In this document: in pieces, positions 18,575 to 27,928 of the stretch
Position numbering within the stretch: position 1 is the first letter of the stretch
Layout of the letters: the number at the start of each line of letters is the position of its first letter
Origin: Candidatus Bathyarchaeia archaeon
GTDB lineage: Archaea > Thermoproteota > Bathyarchaeia > Bathyarchaeales > Bathycorpusculaceae
Reading direction: 5' to 3'
Length of the DNA: 62,626 bases
NCBI GenBank assembly: GCA_050012755.1
Contig: JBEKGO010000008.1
Span: forward strand, 1 to 62,626
The notes under the pieces: model-generated
Databases searched by the model: none
Seen by the model: the letters and a program-made list of their open reading frames with translations, nothing else
Told to the model about the DNA's origin: nothing
Position numbers and translations under genes: made by a program

Positions 18575-19123
18575 ATGGCTAAAGTAAATATTATTCCCAA
18601 AAAATGGAAAGTATTTATGGCTTCAATATTCATAACAATTTTCCTTTTTGTAAGCATTTTGATAATAGGTGCATGGCATCTTGAAGGCGTAAAAAACTTT
18701 TATATGAACGAAAGTTCTGAACCAACATTCTCTTTTTTTCAAATAACAACTACAGGCTCAAACTATTTTTTTCCTAATGGAATAGCGCACTTCTCTTTAT
18801 CCAATCCGTACTCTGATGAAATTAAAGATTTTCATTTCTATGTATCGTTTGACAATCAATCATGGGTTGAACTTCCAGTATCAAATACAACCAATTATGT
18901 CCAAGCAGGAGAAACTCCAGTAGGTATGGATATTAATGTTTTTACTATGTCAACTTTTCCAAGCCAAAACACGACATTGCCAATTAACAGTAGTTTCCAA
19001 TTTAGTTTCTTTATATCTCCCATTATGACACCTGAAACAATCGTGATTATGATTGTACTTATTATTGCAATATTTTCGTTTACTTTACAGATTTTAGAAT
19101 ACATCTTTTTAAAAGGCTCTTAG
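18575..19123 (+). CDS. Hypothetical membrane protein (two TM helices flanking an extracellular domain), AT-rich
   Basis: 182-aa ORF with N- and C-terminal hydrophobic helices and N-X-S/T sequons. Confidence 0.7.
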   Translation: MAKVNIIPKKWKVFMASIFITIFLFVSILIIGAWHLEGVKNFYMNESSEPTFSFFQITTTGSNYFFPNGIAHFSLSNPYSDEIKDFHFYVSFDNQSWVELPVSNTTNYVQAGETPVGMDINVFTMSTFPSQNTTLPINSSFQFSFFISPIMTPETIVIMIVLIIAIFSFTLQILEYIFLKGS

Positions 19124-19129
19124 TCTTTG

Positions 19130-19250
19130 CTTATTGTTATTCTGTTACTATCTGTTATGGTTACTGTTACTGTTGGGAGAGGATGAGAGTGTGACACAGA
19201 GGCAGAGACGCAGAGAGAGACAGAGACAGACCATATGCACACACACAAGC
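19130..19250. repeat. Low-complexity tract: TGTTA(C/T) repeats, then (CAGAGA)n and (CA)n
   Basis: Read directly from the sequence; lies just inside palindrome copy 2. Confidence 0.75.
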
Positions 19251-19266
19251 AAGGGTAGGCGTGCAC

Positions 19267-19300
19267 GTTTGGGTTTGGGGATTAAAATTTAATCCACAAA
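19267..19300. repeat. Palindromic element copy 2, full consensus GTTTGGGTTTGGGGATTAAAATTTAATCCACAAA
   Basis: Perfect 8-1-8 palindrome at 19279-19295; 29/29 reverse-complement identity to 31142-31170. Confidence 0.92.
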
Positions 19301-19380
19301 AGAAGAAAAAAGAAATACTGGAAAGCCAATATTAATAATGTCTTCAATCATTAATTATAAAAATAGGATTTGATTTTGAA

Positions 19381-19821
19381 ATGTCTTGGTTGAAAGGTAT
19401 GAGAGAGAAAGAGCCACCCGAACCAGTCAACCCAATTGGAACAGTTGTGATGGGTACTCTTCACCCAGACATAATGGACACTGCCAAGGAAATGGTCAGA
19501 AAATCGCTCAAGACTGCTCAATTTAAAACTGTAGACGTAGGGAAAGGGGTTTCTCCGACAACTTTTGCTTCAAAGGCAAAAGAAGCAAATGCCGACATCA
19601 TAGTGGTCACTATTGGTCTTTCTGCTGCTAAGGAGAACCTTCCAAAGTTAGTCTCTGCCATAGAACTTGAAGGGCTAAAAGGCAAAGTCGTCGTCATGAT
19701 AGGTGGTGCTGCCGTGACCAAAGAAGACGCAGACAGAATAGGGGCACTGTTTGGCAAAACAAGGGAAGAAGCTGTAGCACTGGCAAAGAAAGCAATGGAG
19801 CAAAAACGGAATAAGACCTGA
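19381..19821 (+). CDS. Stand-alone cobalamin-binding-fold (corrinoid-like) protein lacking the His ligand
   Basis: VVMGT...DVGKGVSP...VMIGGAAVT...IGA typical of B12-binding domains; DxHxxG reads DIMDTA. Confidence 0.8.
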   Translation: MSWLKGMREKEPPEPVNPIGTVVMGTLHPDIMDTAKEMVRKSLKTAQFKTVDVGKGVSPTTFASKAKEANADIIVVTIGLSAAKENLPKLVSAIELEGLKGKVVVMIGGAAVTKEDADRIGALFGKTREEAVALAKKAMEQKRNKT

Positions 19822-19952
19822 TGTACTCCAACAATTAGTTTCTCTTTTTCTGTAATAAGTAGTTCACAAACTTGACTATTGCCTTGTGTGTAGTTTTTCT
19901 CACTCAAGCCACAGTTTTTACTGAGACTGCGGTTGCCGTGAATACACACACA

Positions 19953-19969
19953 AGATTAGATTTTAATCC
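19953..19969. repeat. Palindromic element copy 3, degenerate (AGATTAGATTTTAATCC)
   Basis: 15/17 match; preceded by ACACACACAAG as near copy 2; 30 bp from the tRNA-Val 3' end. Confidence 0.65.
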
Positions 19970-19998
19970 TCATATGTTTACATTTTGTAAATTCGAGG

Positions 19999-20073
19999 TG
20001 GGCCGAGCCGGAGTTGAACCGGCGACCTTTGGCGTGTAAAGCCAACGTCCTAACCAGGCTAGACGATCGGCCC
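19999..20073 (-). tRNA. tRNA-Val(TAC)
   Basis: GGGCCGA/TCGGCCC acceptor stem, TTGGC-TTTACAC-GCCAA anticodon arm, GGTTCAACTCC T-arm. Confidence 0.96.
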
Positions 20074-20235
20074 GCACATTTTGCTATTCTGCAGCTTAAT
20101 TTAAGCTGTTTGGATTTATGAATTACATTCGGTTAATATTAGAATTTTGTTTCTCAATTTTTACAAGAATTTGCATTAAGAATCCCGCATATCAAAAAGA
20201 AAAGCATGACGCTTGGTGCAAAAAAAGCATCGGGA

Positions 20236-20574
20236 CTATTTGTGTTCGAGCAGAATGTCTGTTCCTTCAACTTTGACAGTGTAAGTCTTTGCATCGTTGA
20301 TTTTAGGATGCATAAAAAGAATTTTTGGAGGAGAAACCACTTTTCCATTCGTTACGTCAAACTTCGATTTATGTTTAGGGCAAGTTACAACGTTTCCTTC
20401 TAACATGCCTTTTGAAAGATTTCCGCCTTGATGAGTGCAAATGTTTCCTATAGCGTAATATGCGCCGTTTACATTTGCGATTAAAACTTCTTCTGCCCCA
20501 AATTTGACAGCTTTCATTTGCCCCGATGGTATTTCTTTTGTTTCAGCGACTTTTTCAAAAACCATTTTTTTCAC
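20236..20574 (-). CDS. Rieske-type [2Fe-2S] ferredoxin
   Basis: CTHQGG...CPKHKSKFD. Confidence 0.92.
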   Translation of the reverse strand: MKKMVFEKVAETKEIPSGQMKAVKFGAEEVLIANVNGAYYAIGNICTHQGGNLSKGMLEGNVVTCPKHKSKFDVTNGKVVSPPKILFMHPKINDAKTYTVKVEGTDILLEHK

Positions 20575-20581
20575 CTCTTGA

Positions 20582-21235
20582 CTAATTGCTTATTGCTGGA
20601 GCTTCATGCAGATATTTCATTTCTGTTATTTGCTTAAGCATAAAATCTGCAATGTCTGCTCGGCTGATCTGTGTTGCCACTTCTCCTGAGCCAACGTAGC
20701 CAGCTTTTACTTTTCCAGATTTCGGCTTATTATTTAAAATTGCTAGCCGCACAATTGTCCAATCAAGATCTGATGCACGGACGGTTTCAGCCACGTTAAC
20801 TATATCCTCGTAGGCTGCATGCATAGTGGTTTTTACAAGATTCACCATAGCTTTGGTTTTGAAGTTTGGTTTGTCTTTTGTGTCTTTGGCGCTCAAAGTA
20901 GATGTTATGATTAGTCTGCGCACGTTTTGTTTCTTCATAGCGACAATAATATTCTGCATTCCCTGGGTAAGCGGCTTATCTTTTGAGCCTCCCCGCGGAC
21001 CCAACGCGCTCAAAACTGCACTGGATCCTTTTACAGCACTTTCAACTAACCCCACGTCAGACAATTGGCCCTGAACAACCGTTAAATGCTCGTTACTAAC
21101 GTTGAGTTTAGAGGGATTACGTGCAAAAGCAACAACTTCATATCCCATTTCCAGTGCCTGCTCAGTAATTTTTTTGCCAGTCTCTCCAGTTGCTCCAAAA
21201 ACTGTAATTTTCAAAAAATCGTCTCCTTTGAGCAT
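20582..21235 (-). CDS. NAD(P)H-binding flavin reductase / biliverdin reductase B-like atypical SDR
   Basis: VFGATGETG, SDLDWTIVR, ISRADIADFML. Confidence 0.88.
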   Translation of the reverse strand: MLKGDDFLKITVFGATGETGKKITEQALEMGYEVVAFARNPSKLNVSNEHLTVVQGQLSDVGLVESAVKGSSAVLSALGPRGGSKDKPLTQGMQNIIVAMKKQNVRRLIITSTLSAKDTKDKPNFKTKAMVNLVKTTMHAAYEDIVNVAETVRASDLDWTIVRLAILNNKPKSGKVKAGYVGSGEVATQISRADIADFMLKQITEMKYLHEAPAISN

Positions 21236-21414
21236 TGGCTATCTTACTTTCTATATGACCCCAATTAACCCTCTGTAACTGCAATATTTATATTTTATTC
21301 AAATATATCGGGTCAGATAATATATGTGGTATTTTTAACCATCAAAGAATCAGCGCAATATCTTTACATTTGGTGATAGGGCTTAATTTATATATCAAAC
21401 CAACCTAATTTTTT

Positions 21415-21885
21415 GTGGTGATGTTTTTGGCCTCTCAAAAACTCTTAGAATTTTTAAACAAAGGCATAGCCCGTGAACTCCAAGTCAGCATACAATACAT
21501 GTGGCAGCACGTTCAAGTCACAGGCACGGACGGCACCATTGTAGAAGATATTTTCCGCAAAACTGCCATCGCCGAAATGAAACATGCCGAACGCCTTGCA
21601 GAACGGCTTGACTACCTAGACGGCGTACCCACAACCAAACCAGACCCGATTTTCGTCACAGGCAGCCTAATCGAAATGCTAAAACAAAACGAGCAAGATG
21701 AAGAAAAAGCCATAAACCTCTACAAACAGGCAATTCAACTCGCAGCGCAAGAAGGCGATTACACAACAAGACGGCTACTTGAAGAAATTCTTGCTGAAGA
21801 AGAGAATCATATCAATACTTTCGGAAAACTCCTCGTCGGTATGACTGAACCGTTTACTCAGCCGGGAATATCCAAAATAGAATAG
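21415..21885 (+). CDS. Bacterioferritin-like / ferritin-like di-iron protein
   Basis: ELQVSIQYMWQH, EMKHAE, EEKAI, EEENH. Confidence 0.88.
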   Translation: MVMFLASQKLLEFLNKGIARELQVSIQYMWQHVQVTGTDGTIVEDIFRKTAIAEMKHAERLAERLDYLDGVPTTKPDPIFVTGSLIEMLKQNEQDEEKAINLYKQAIQLAAQEGDYTTRRLLEEILAEEENHINTFGKLLVGMTEPFTQPGISKIE

Positions 21886-21999
21886 ACAAAAGTTGCCGCT
21901 CGACGCGGTTCCAAAAAGAAATCTTAAAACACTAAAGGCTCCCACGCTTACGTTCTAGCAATACACATATATCAATGTGCAAAGAATGGTCTTCCTTCG

Positions 22000-23814
22000 A
22001 TGGTGCTAGCTTTGGATAGTCCTGCTTCTTTAAGATGCCCCGTTTGTGGAATAGAGATAGACACCGAAAACCCTGTTGCAGGGGTCCAAGTAGCATGTGA
22101 TAGTTTTGGCGGCAAAAAAATCTGTTTCTGCAGTGAAAACTGCCGACGCCACTTCCAAGAAGACCCTCGAATTGCTTATTTCTCTATGGAAATAGGCGTA
22201 TCCAATAGCATGCCGACCTACAGCGGAGGCTTAGGCGTCTTAGCAGGGGACATAGTGAAGTCTAGTGCTGACCTGCGCCTACAGATGGTTGCCATCACCC
22301 TCGCAAGCAGAAAAGGCTACTTTAGACAAAAAATAACCGGGCAAGGGGAACAACTTGAGTTCCCAGACGAATGGGACCCTGCAAAAACCCTTAGCCGAAT
22401 GCCCAACACAGTTACAGTGAGTATTGAAGGGCGCCCAGTTCAAGTCCAAGCTTGGCTGTATGAGTACCAGAGCATCACAGGCGGAATGGTTCCAATCCTC
22501 TTTTTGGATACAGACATTGAGGGAAATGCTCCTGAAGACAGAAGGATCACAGATTCACTGTACGGCGGCGACAAAGCCTACAGATTAAAACAAGAGATAG
22601 TTTTGGGAATTGCAGGTACGCGGTTGCTGAAGAAACTGCCTTTCAAAATTAGAAAGTACCATATGAATGAAGGCCACTCCAGCCTTTTAACGCTTGAATT
22701 GCTGAAAGAGAACGGCATGGATTCAGAGAAAGTTCGAAACCTCTGTGTGTTCACAACACATAGCCCCGTAGAAGCGGCATTTGACCAATTCTCATATGAC
22801 CTTGTAAAACAGGTTTTAGGAAACGAATATTCGCGGGCAGATATGGAACAATATGCTGGAACAGAAAATCTAAACATGGCTTTTCTGGCAGTAAACTTAA
22901 GTAAATACATTAACGGGGTTTCCATGGCGCATGTGGATTTCTCGAGAAAACTGTTTCCAGGAAGATACATCAGAGCAGTCACTAACGGAGTTCACTCTTT
23001 CACATGGACGAACGTTTATTTCAGACAACTCTTTGACAAATACATTCCAGGCTGGACTAACGAACCTATTCTGCTTGCAAAAGCAAGCGAAATTCCCAAC
23101 AGAGAAGTATGGGATGCACACACTAAAGCAAAAGCGAACCTGCTTGCTTACGTTGAAAAAGCCAACGGAGTAACGTTAGATCCAGAAGCGCTCACGATTG
23201 GTTTCGCTAGAAGAGCTACAGGATACAAACGTTCCACTTTGATTTTCTCTGACTTGCACAGGTTAGCTGACATTAATCGGAAAGAAAAAATCCAAATGAT
23301 TTTTGCTGGAAAAGCACATCCGAAAGATACCGACGGCAAGCAACTTATAAAACAAATCCATGACTACGCAAATAAACTGAAAGACCAAATCAGCATAGTT
23401 TACTTGGAAAACTACAATATGGATATTGCAGCCAAACTTACCTCGGGAGTTGATGTGTGGCTTAACACTCCTTTGCCACCTCTGGAAGCATCTGGAACCA
23501 GCGGCATGAAAGCAGCTCACAATGGCGTTGTAAATTTTAGTGTTCTGGATGGTTGGTGGATGGAAGGCTGCATCGAAGGCGTGACTGGCTGGGCGATAGG
23601 TCCTCATCCCAAAGAACTGCTGGTCGAAAGCGAAAGAAGAGAGTTAGAACTCCAAGACCTTTACAGCAAACTCGAATATCTGATCATCCCCACATTCTAT
23701 ACACAGAAGGACGCTTGGATAACTCTTATGAAAAACTCTATTGCAAAAATAGCCTATTATTTCCAGACTCAATGGGTTGTGCGCAGATACATCACTGAAG
23801 CCTACCTCATCTGA
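22000..23814 (+). CDS. glgP: Alpha-glucan phosphorylase with N-terminal YHS/TRASH-like domain
   Basis: YFSMEIG, YSGGLGVLAGD, HMNEGH, GFARRATGYKR, EASGTSGMKA; N-terminal CPVCG...FCSENC. Confidence 0.93.
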   Translation: MVLALDSPASLRCPVCGIEIDTENPVAGVQVACDSFGGKKICFCSENCRRHFQEDPRIAYFSMEIGVSNSMPTYSGGLGVLAGDIVKSSADLRLQMVAITLASRKGYFRQKITGQGEQLEFPDEWDPAKTLSRMPNTVTVSIEGRPVQVQAWLYEYQSITGGMVPILFLDTDIEGNAPEDRRITDSLYGGDKAYRLKQEIVLGIAGTRLLKKLPFKIRKYHMNEGHSSLLTLELLKENGMDSEKVRNLCVFTTHSPVEAAFDQFSYDLVKQVLGNEYSRADMEQYAGTENLNMAFLAVNLSKYINGVSMAHVDFSRKLFPGRYIRAVTNGVHSFTWTNVYFRQLFDKYIPGWTNEPILLAKASEIPNREVWDAHTKAKANLLAYVEKANGVTLDPEALTIGFARRATGYKRSTLIFSDLHRLADINRKEKIQMIFAGKAHPKDTDGKQLIKQIHDYANKLKDQISIVYLENYNMDIAAKLTSGVDVWLNTPLPPLEASGTSGMKAAHNGVVNFSVLDGWWMEGCIEGVTGWAIGPHPKELLVESERRELELQDLYSKLEYLIIPTFYTQKDAWITLMKNSIAKIAYYFQTQWVVRRYITEAYLI

Positions 23815-24084
23815 GAGAAAATGACTGCTGGCGGTCCAAGTAAACATCATTCTTCGCCGCTGTTAGAGACACGAGGTCAACTTATGAAAGTTGACCCCCG
23901 GTACATGAAAGTATGTTGACCTATGTTGAAACTCGTAAATTTGTACATGAGAAAAATCAAATATTCAGCCTTTTATTGAGAAAAGCATGTTAATAGCTAT
24001 GTCGAGAAAAAGTCGAAATCCAAATTTTAGTTTATAGCCCAGAAAATTCAAAAAATAAACAAAGAAAAGAAATTGGAAATGCGG

Positions 24085-25431
24085 TTAACGCAGTTTCATT
24101 AGTACCATTTCGGCTGCCAGAACCATTGGTTCCCATGTTTCACAGAGCGGCGGAGCATAAGCAGTGTCAGCTTTGGCTAGTTCTCGGATGGTCATGCCTT
24201 TTTGGATGGCGAAGCTGAGGCAGTTTATGCGTTGAGTCACTTCTTCTCCACCAATCACTTGTCCGCCGATGATGCGTTGGGATTCTTTCTCAACAACAAG
24301 TTTTACTTTGATGGGTTTGGCGCCTGGGAAATAATCTGCTCTGGTCTTGCTGGTGATGGCTCCAGTTACAACTTCAATTCGGTTGCGCGCAGCTGCGGTT
24401 TCAGTTAAGCCTGTGTTTCCTGCTTGAATCTCAAAAAGCATTGTGACTGCCGAAGCCAAAATCCCTGAAAACTGCGAATAGTCTCCTCCTGCATTTGCTC
24501 CAGCTACTTTGCCTTGACGAACCGCTATGGTGCCAAGTTGAGCGCACATGGGGCGATGTGTGATTATGTTTGGGGCTTCAGCGCAGTCGCCGACAGCGTA
24601 GACGTCTTTTACGTCTGTTTCCATGCGACCGTTGGTTTTGATCGCTCGGGTTTCACCCAATGGAATTCCAGCATCGACGGCGAGTTTTGTGTTTGCTCTC
24701 ACGCCGAAAGCGCTGATGAACAGGTCAGCTTCAATCGTTTCGCCGCCTGCTTTTACAGCTTTAACTTTGTCTTCACCAAGGAATTCTTCGACGCCTTTGC
24801 TTGTTAAAATGCGCATGCCTTTCTGTTCTAAATGCTCTTGAACCAGCTTTGCCATGTCAGCATCAAGCAACTGAGGCAAAATCTGCGGCAACATTTCCAC
24901 CACTGTGACTTTCAAGCCTTTCTCAATCAAAGCCACGCCGACTTCCAAACCGATTAAGCCAGCACCCATGATAACAGCTGATTTTGCGCCTGCTTTGACG
25001 GCTGCATCGATTTTTTCGCCGTCTTCGATGCCTCGGAGGCTTAGGATTCCAGCTTTTTCTTTGCCTTTAATCGGCGGTATGAAAGAGTCAGCTCCAGTTG
25101 CAATTACTAAGCTATCGTAGGGCAGAACTTCGGTAGCTCCTTCTTTGGATGCGATAGTTACAGTTTTTTCTTTTGTGTTGATTGTAGTGGCTTTTGTTTC
25201 ACAGCGTAAATTGAGCTTTAACATTTGAAAGTATGCTGGTGGGTAAACAATTAAGTCGGTAAACTTCGCGATTTGCCCGCCAATAACAAAGGGTAAGCCA
25301 CAGCGTGAGTAACCTGCATTTTTTTCTTGAGTGACCAAGGTTATTTCTGCAGTGCGGTCTTTTTTACGTGCGGCTGAAGCTGCCTCTACGCCTGATGCAT
25401 TAGCTCCAATAACAATTATGCGTCTGGCCAT
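24085..25431 (-). CDS. CoA-disulfide reductase / NADH oxidase family flavoprotein
   Basis: YSRCGLP single redox Cys, ATG, GAGLIGLE, VYAVGDCAE, DTAYAPP. Confidence 0.9.
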   Translation of the reverse strand: MARRIIVIGANASGVEAASAARKKDRTAEITLVTQEKNAGYSRCGLPFVIGGQIAKFTDLIVYPPAYFQMLKLNLRCETKATTINTKEKTVTIASKEGATEVLPYDSLVIATGADSFIPPIKGKEKAGILSLRGIEDGEKIDAAVKAGAKSAVIMGAGLIGLEVGVALIEKGLKVTVVEMLPQILPQLLDADMAKLVQEHLEQKGMRILTSKGVEEFLGEDKVKAVKAGGETIEADLFISAFGVRANTKLAVDAGIPLGETRAIKTNGRMETDVKDVYAVGDCAEAPNIITHRPMCAQLGTIAVRQGKVAGANAGGDYSQFSGILASAVTMLFEIQAGNTGLTETAAARNRIEVVTGAITSKTRADYFPGAKPIKVKLVVEKESQRIIGGQVIGGEEVTQRINCLSFAIQKGMTIRELAKADTAYAPPLCETWEPMVLAAEMVLMKLR

Positions 25432-25448
25432 CCAACTTTGCCTTCTAC

Positions 25449-25865
25449 TTATTTATTTTGGGCTTGAGCTTTATGCCACTCAACAGCGCCGCTAAAATCC
25501 ATCAGGTTTGCAAGCTCCGCCTGCAGGTTCGAAGGTCTAACAACGATTAACCAGCCTTTTTCATATGGGTCTTCGTTGAGAGTTTCAGGTTTTGACTGGG
25601 CTTCTTCGTTAACTTCTTGGATTGTTCCACTTACGGCTGCAACAAGGTCTGAAACGGCTTTAACCGATTCCAGTGTTCCGTAAGGTTCACCTTGTTTTAC
25701 TTCTGTTCCAACACTTGGCAATTCAGCGTAAACAATTTCTCTAAGAGCTTTCTGCGCGTAGTCAGTGATGCCCATGCGGACATTGTCGCCTTCGATTTTT
25801 ATCCATTCAAAATCTTTAGAGTAGTAAAGGCCTTCTGGCACTTCGTATGCTTCAACTTTTACCAT
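25449..25865 (-). CDS. gcvH: Glycine cleavage H (lipoyl carrier) protein
   Basis: GITDYAQ, ESVKAVSD lipoyl-Lys, NEDPYEKGW. Confidence 0.93.
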   Translation of the reverse strand: MVKVEAYEVPEGLYYSKDFEWIKIEGDNVRMGITDYAQKALREIVYAELPSVGTEVKQGEPYGTLESVKAVSDLVAAVSGTIQEVNEEAQSKPETLNEDPYEKGWLIVVRPSNLQAELANLMDFSGAVEWHKAQAQNK

Positions 25866-25945
25866 GATTCAAACCTTCTAAATATTGATGTATTTATCCA
25901 GTTCAATTCAAACATTAAAAGGTTTCACAAAGAAAAGAGAAGGGT

Positions 25946-27031
25946 TTAGCGTTCTCGTTTGCCTGCTATCCAATCTTCCGTCCATTGCCGAGCTTGCGGA
26001 TCAGGCACCTGAATAGGTGGATGCTTAAACGCGTAAGAGGGCATGCTTATCAGGGCGCCAGCAATTTTGCGGTCTAAAGCAATTTTTGCTGCACGAATCA
26101 AATCGATAACTACGCCTGCACTGTTTGGGGAATCTTCCACTTCCAGTTTGACGCTTATGTTAATCGGGCGGTCGCCGAATTTGCGTCCTTTCAGTGAGAT
26201 GTAGCATATTTTCTTGTTCTTCAGGAAAGGCACGAAGTCTGATGGGCCAATTCTTGTGGGCAATGCATATGGAACGAGGCTTGTGACGGCTTCGGTTTTG
26301 CTGATGCGTTTTGAGGTAAGACGGTTTTCCACTGTCATGTTCTGGAAGTCTGTGTCTCCGCCAAGATTTAGCTGGTAAGTCTCATCTACGATGACTCCTC
26401 GGTCTAAACATAGGCGTACAAGGTTTCGGTGCAGTATGGTGGCGCCGACTTGGCTTTTTATGTCATCACCCAAGACTGGTAAGCCTGCTTTTTCGAATTT
26501 TTTCGGCCACTCCAGTGTTTTGTCTGATCCGATGAATTCAGGCATGCAGTTCACAAAGGCGCATCCTGCATCAATTGCGCATTGGGCGTAAAATCGGACC
26601 GCGTCGTGGCTTCCGACTGGAAGATAATTAACGAGAACCTGCGTTTTAGTTTCTTTCAGCACTTTTACAACGCTTTCTTTGGTGGTTTTGCTGTCGTCGT
26701 AAACGTTGAAGGTTTCTCGCATGTGCGGTGCGACACCGTCGAGGATTGGGGCTGGAGAAACTTTTACACCTAAATTGGGGACATCGGCGAATTTTTCGCA
26801 GACGTTAGGTTTAACCCAGATGGCTTCTGAGAGGTCTTTGCCAATCTTGGCTTTGTTAACTTCAAAAGCTGCAACAAAATGGATATCTCTAATGTGGTAT
26901 CCACCATAATTTACGTGCATTAATCCTGGAACGGTCGTGTTTTCTTTTGCATCTTTGTAATATTGAGTTCCCTGAATCAGGGCTGAAGCGCTGTTGCCAA
27001 CGCCAATGAGTGCTACGCGAATTTCAGGCAT
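25946..27031 (-). CDS. ino1: myo-Inositol-3-phosphate synthase
   Basis: IGVGNSAS, NYLPVGS, GDDIKSQVGAT, DSPNSAGVVID. Confidence 0.95.
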   Translation of the reverse strand: MPEIRVALIGVGNSASALIQGTQYYKDAKENTTVPGLMHVNYGGYHIRDIHFVAAFEVNKAKIGKDLSEAIWVKPNVCEKFADVPNLGVKVSPAPILDGVAPHMRETFNVYDDSKTTKESVVKVLKETKTQVLVNYLPVGSHDAVRFYAQCAIDAGCAFVNCMPEFIGSDKTLEWPKKFEKAGLPVLGDDIKSQVGATILHRNLVRLCLDRGVIVDETYQLNLGGDTDFQNMTVENRLTSKRISKTEAVTSLVPYALPTRIGPSDFVPFLKNKKICYISLKGRKFGDRPINISVKLEVEDSPNSAGVVIDLIRAAKIALDRKIAGALISMPSYAFKHPPIQVPDPQARQWTEDWIAGKRER

Positions 27032-27156
27032 GAAACGATAACCATCCACTGCATTGATTAGAGAAGGCTTATTGTTCACCTACGCTATAACTTTTTCTAA
27101 AATCATGGCAAAATTAAAAGGGAGCCGCTAACAAATAACTAGTGTATTGGTGCAAG

Positions 27157-27531
27157 ATGATGAGTAAACCTGAAGTATCCATCACATATGAACCTTTTAA
27201 AAAAATTGTAATTATGGAAAAAACTTTTTTCAACACGCCTGAAGACATCGCACGATTCACATCGGTGATAGCAGGCGGCAAACTAGCAGGGTTGTACTGG
27301 GTTGAAGGCGTTGTCTTCCTGTATTTTCCTCTTCCCGCTTCAACGGCTGTTGTGGCTAAAGAACTCTTAGAAAGCAGCAAGGTTTACTGGACTTTTGTCG
27401 GTTACTCGCTTATGCCGAAATATGCGCAGACGATTGAAACTAAAGAAAAAATGATTGTGCCTGTCGTTGATATATCAAATGATCCTGTCTTAGGCAGAGT
27501 AGCTGAATGGCTAAAAGAACAAAAACATTAA
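27157..27531 (+). CDS. Conserved archaeal hypothetical protein
   Basis: Clean ORF divergent from ino1 and co-oriented with ribK. Confidence 0.7.
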   Translation: MMSKPEVSITYEPFKKIVIMEKTFFNTPEDIARFTSVIAGGKLAGLYWVEGVVFLYFPLPASTAVVAKELLESSKVYWTFVGYSLMPKYAQTIETKEKMIVPVVDISNDPVLGRVAEWLKEQKH

Positions 27532-27541
27532 AGGCACCTTT

Positions 27542-27928
27542 TTGGCAACGCTGAGTTTTAGAGGTAAAGTTTACACTGGCAAGGGCGAAGGCAAAAAATT
27601 CGTAACCCTACCTTGGGTTGAAAGGCAAATGAGGGAAAAGCTTGGTTTTACTCCCTACGGCGGCACACTGAACATTCGGCTGAGCAGGGAAAGTGTGGCA
27701 CTAAAAAAGAAGCTTGACAAAGCTTCGCACCTTGAAATTGTTCCTGAGAAAGGCTATTGTAAAGCCACAATGATTAGGGCAAAAATTACTGGGTTAGACT
27801 GTGCCATTATTATTCCACAGGTTCCAGCGTATCCGCCTGATGTGATGGAGGTTATTTCGCCTTTTTTCTTGCGTCATCGATTGCATTTGGCGGATGGCAG
27901 TGAAGCGGCTGTTACTTTGAGTCTTTGA
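27542..27928 (+). CDS. ribK: CTP-dependent riboflavin kinase (no HTH domain)
   Basis: GKVYTGKGEGKKF, KLGFTPYGGTLN, EVISPFFLRHRLHLADG. Confidence 0.88.
   Translation: MATLSFRGKVYTGKGEGKKFVTLPWVERQMREKLGFTPYGGTLNIRLSRESVALKKKLDKASHLEIVPEKGYCKATMIRAKITGLDCAIIIPQVPAYPPDVMEVISPFFLRHRLHLADGSEAAVTLSL

Noticed and set aside
16290-19320. Target-site duplications flanking the palindrome-bounded units
   Set aside because: Outer flanks share no direct repeat that I could find; the same holds for 30451/31142 versus 33857
23880-23950. Short imperfect repeats (ATGAAAG, GTTGACC, GTACATGA)
   Set aside because: Too short and irregular to support a call
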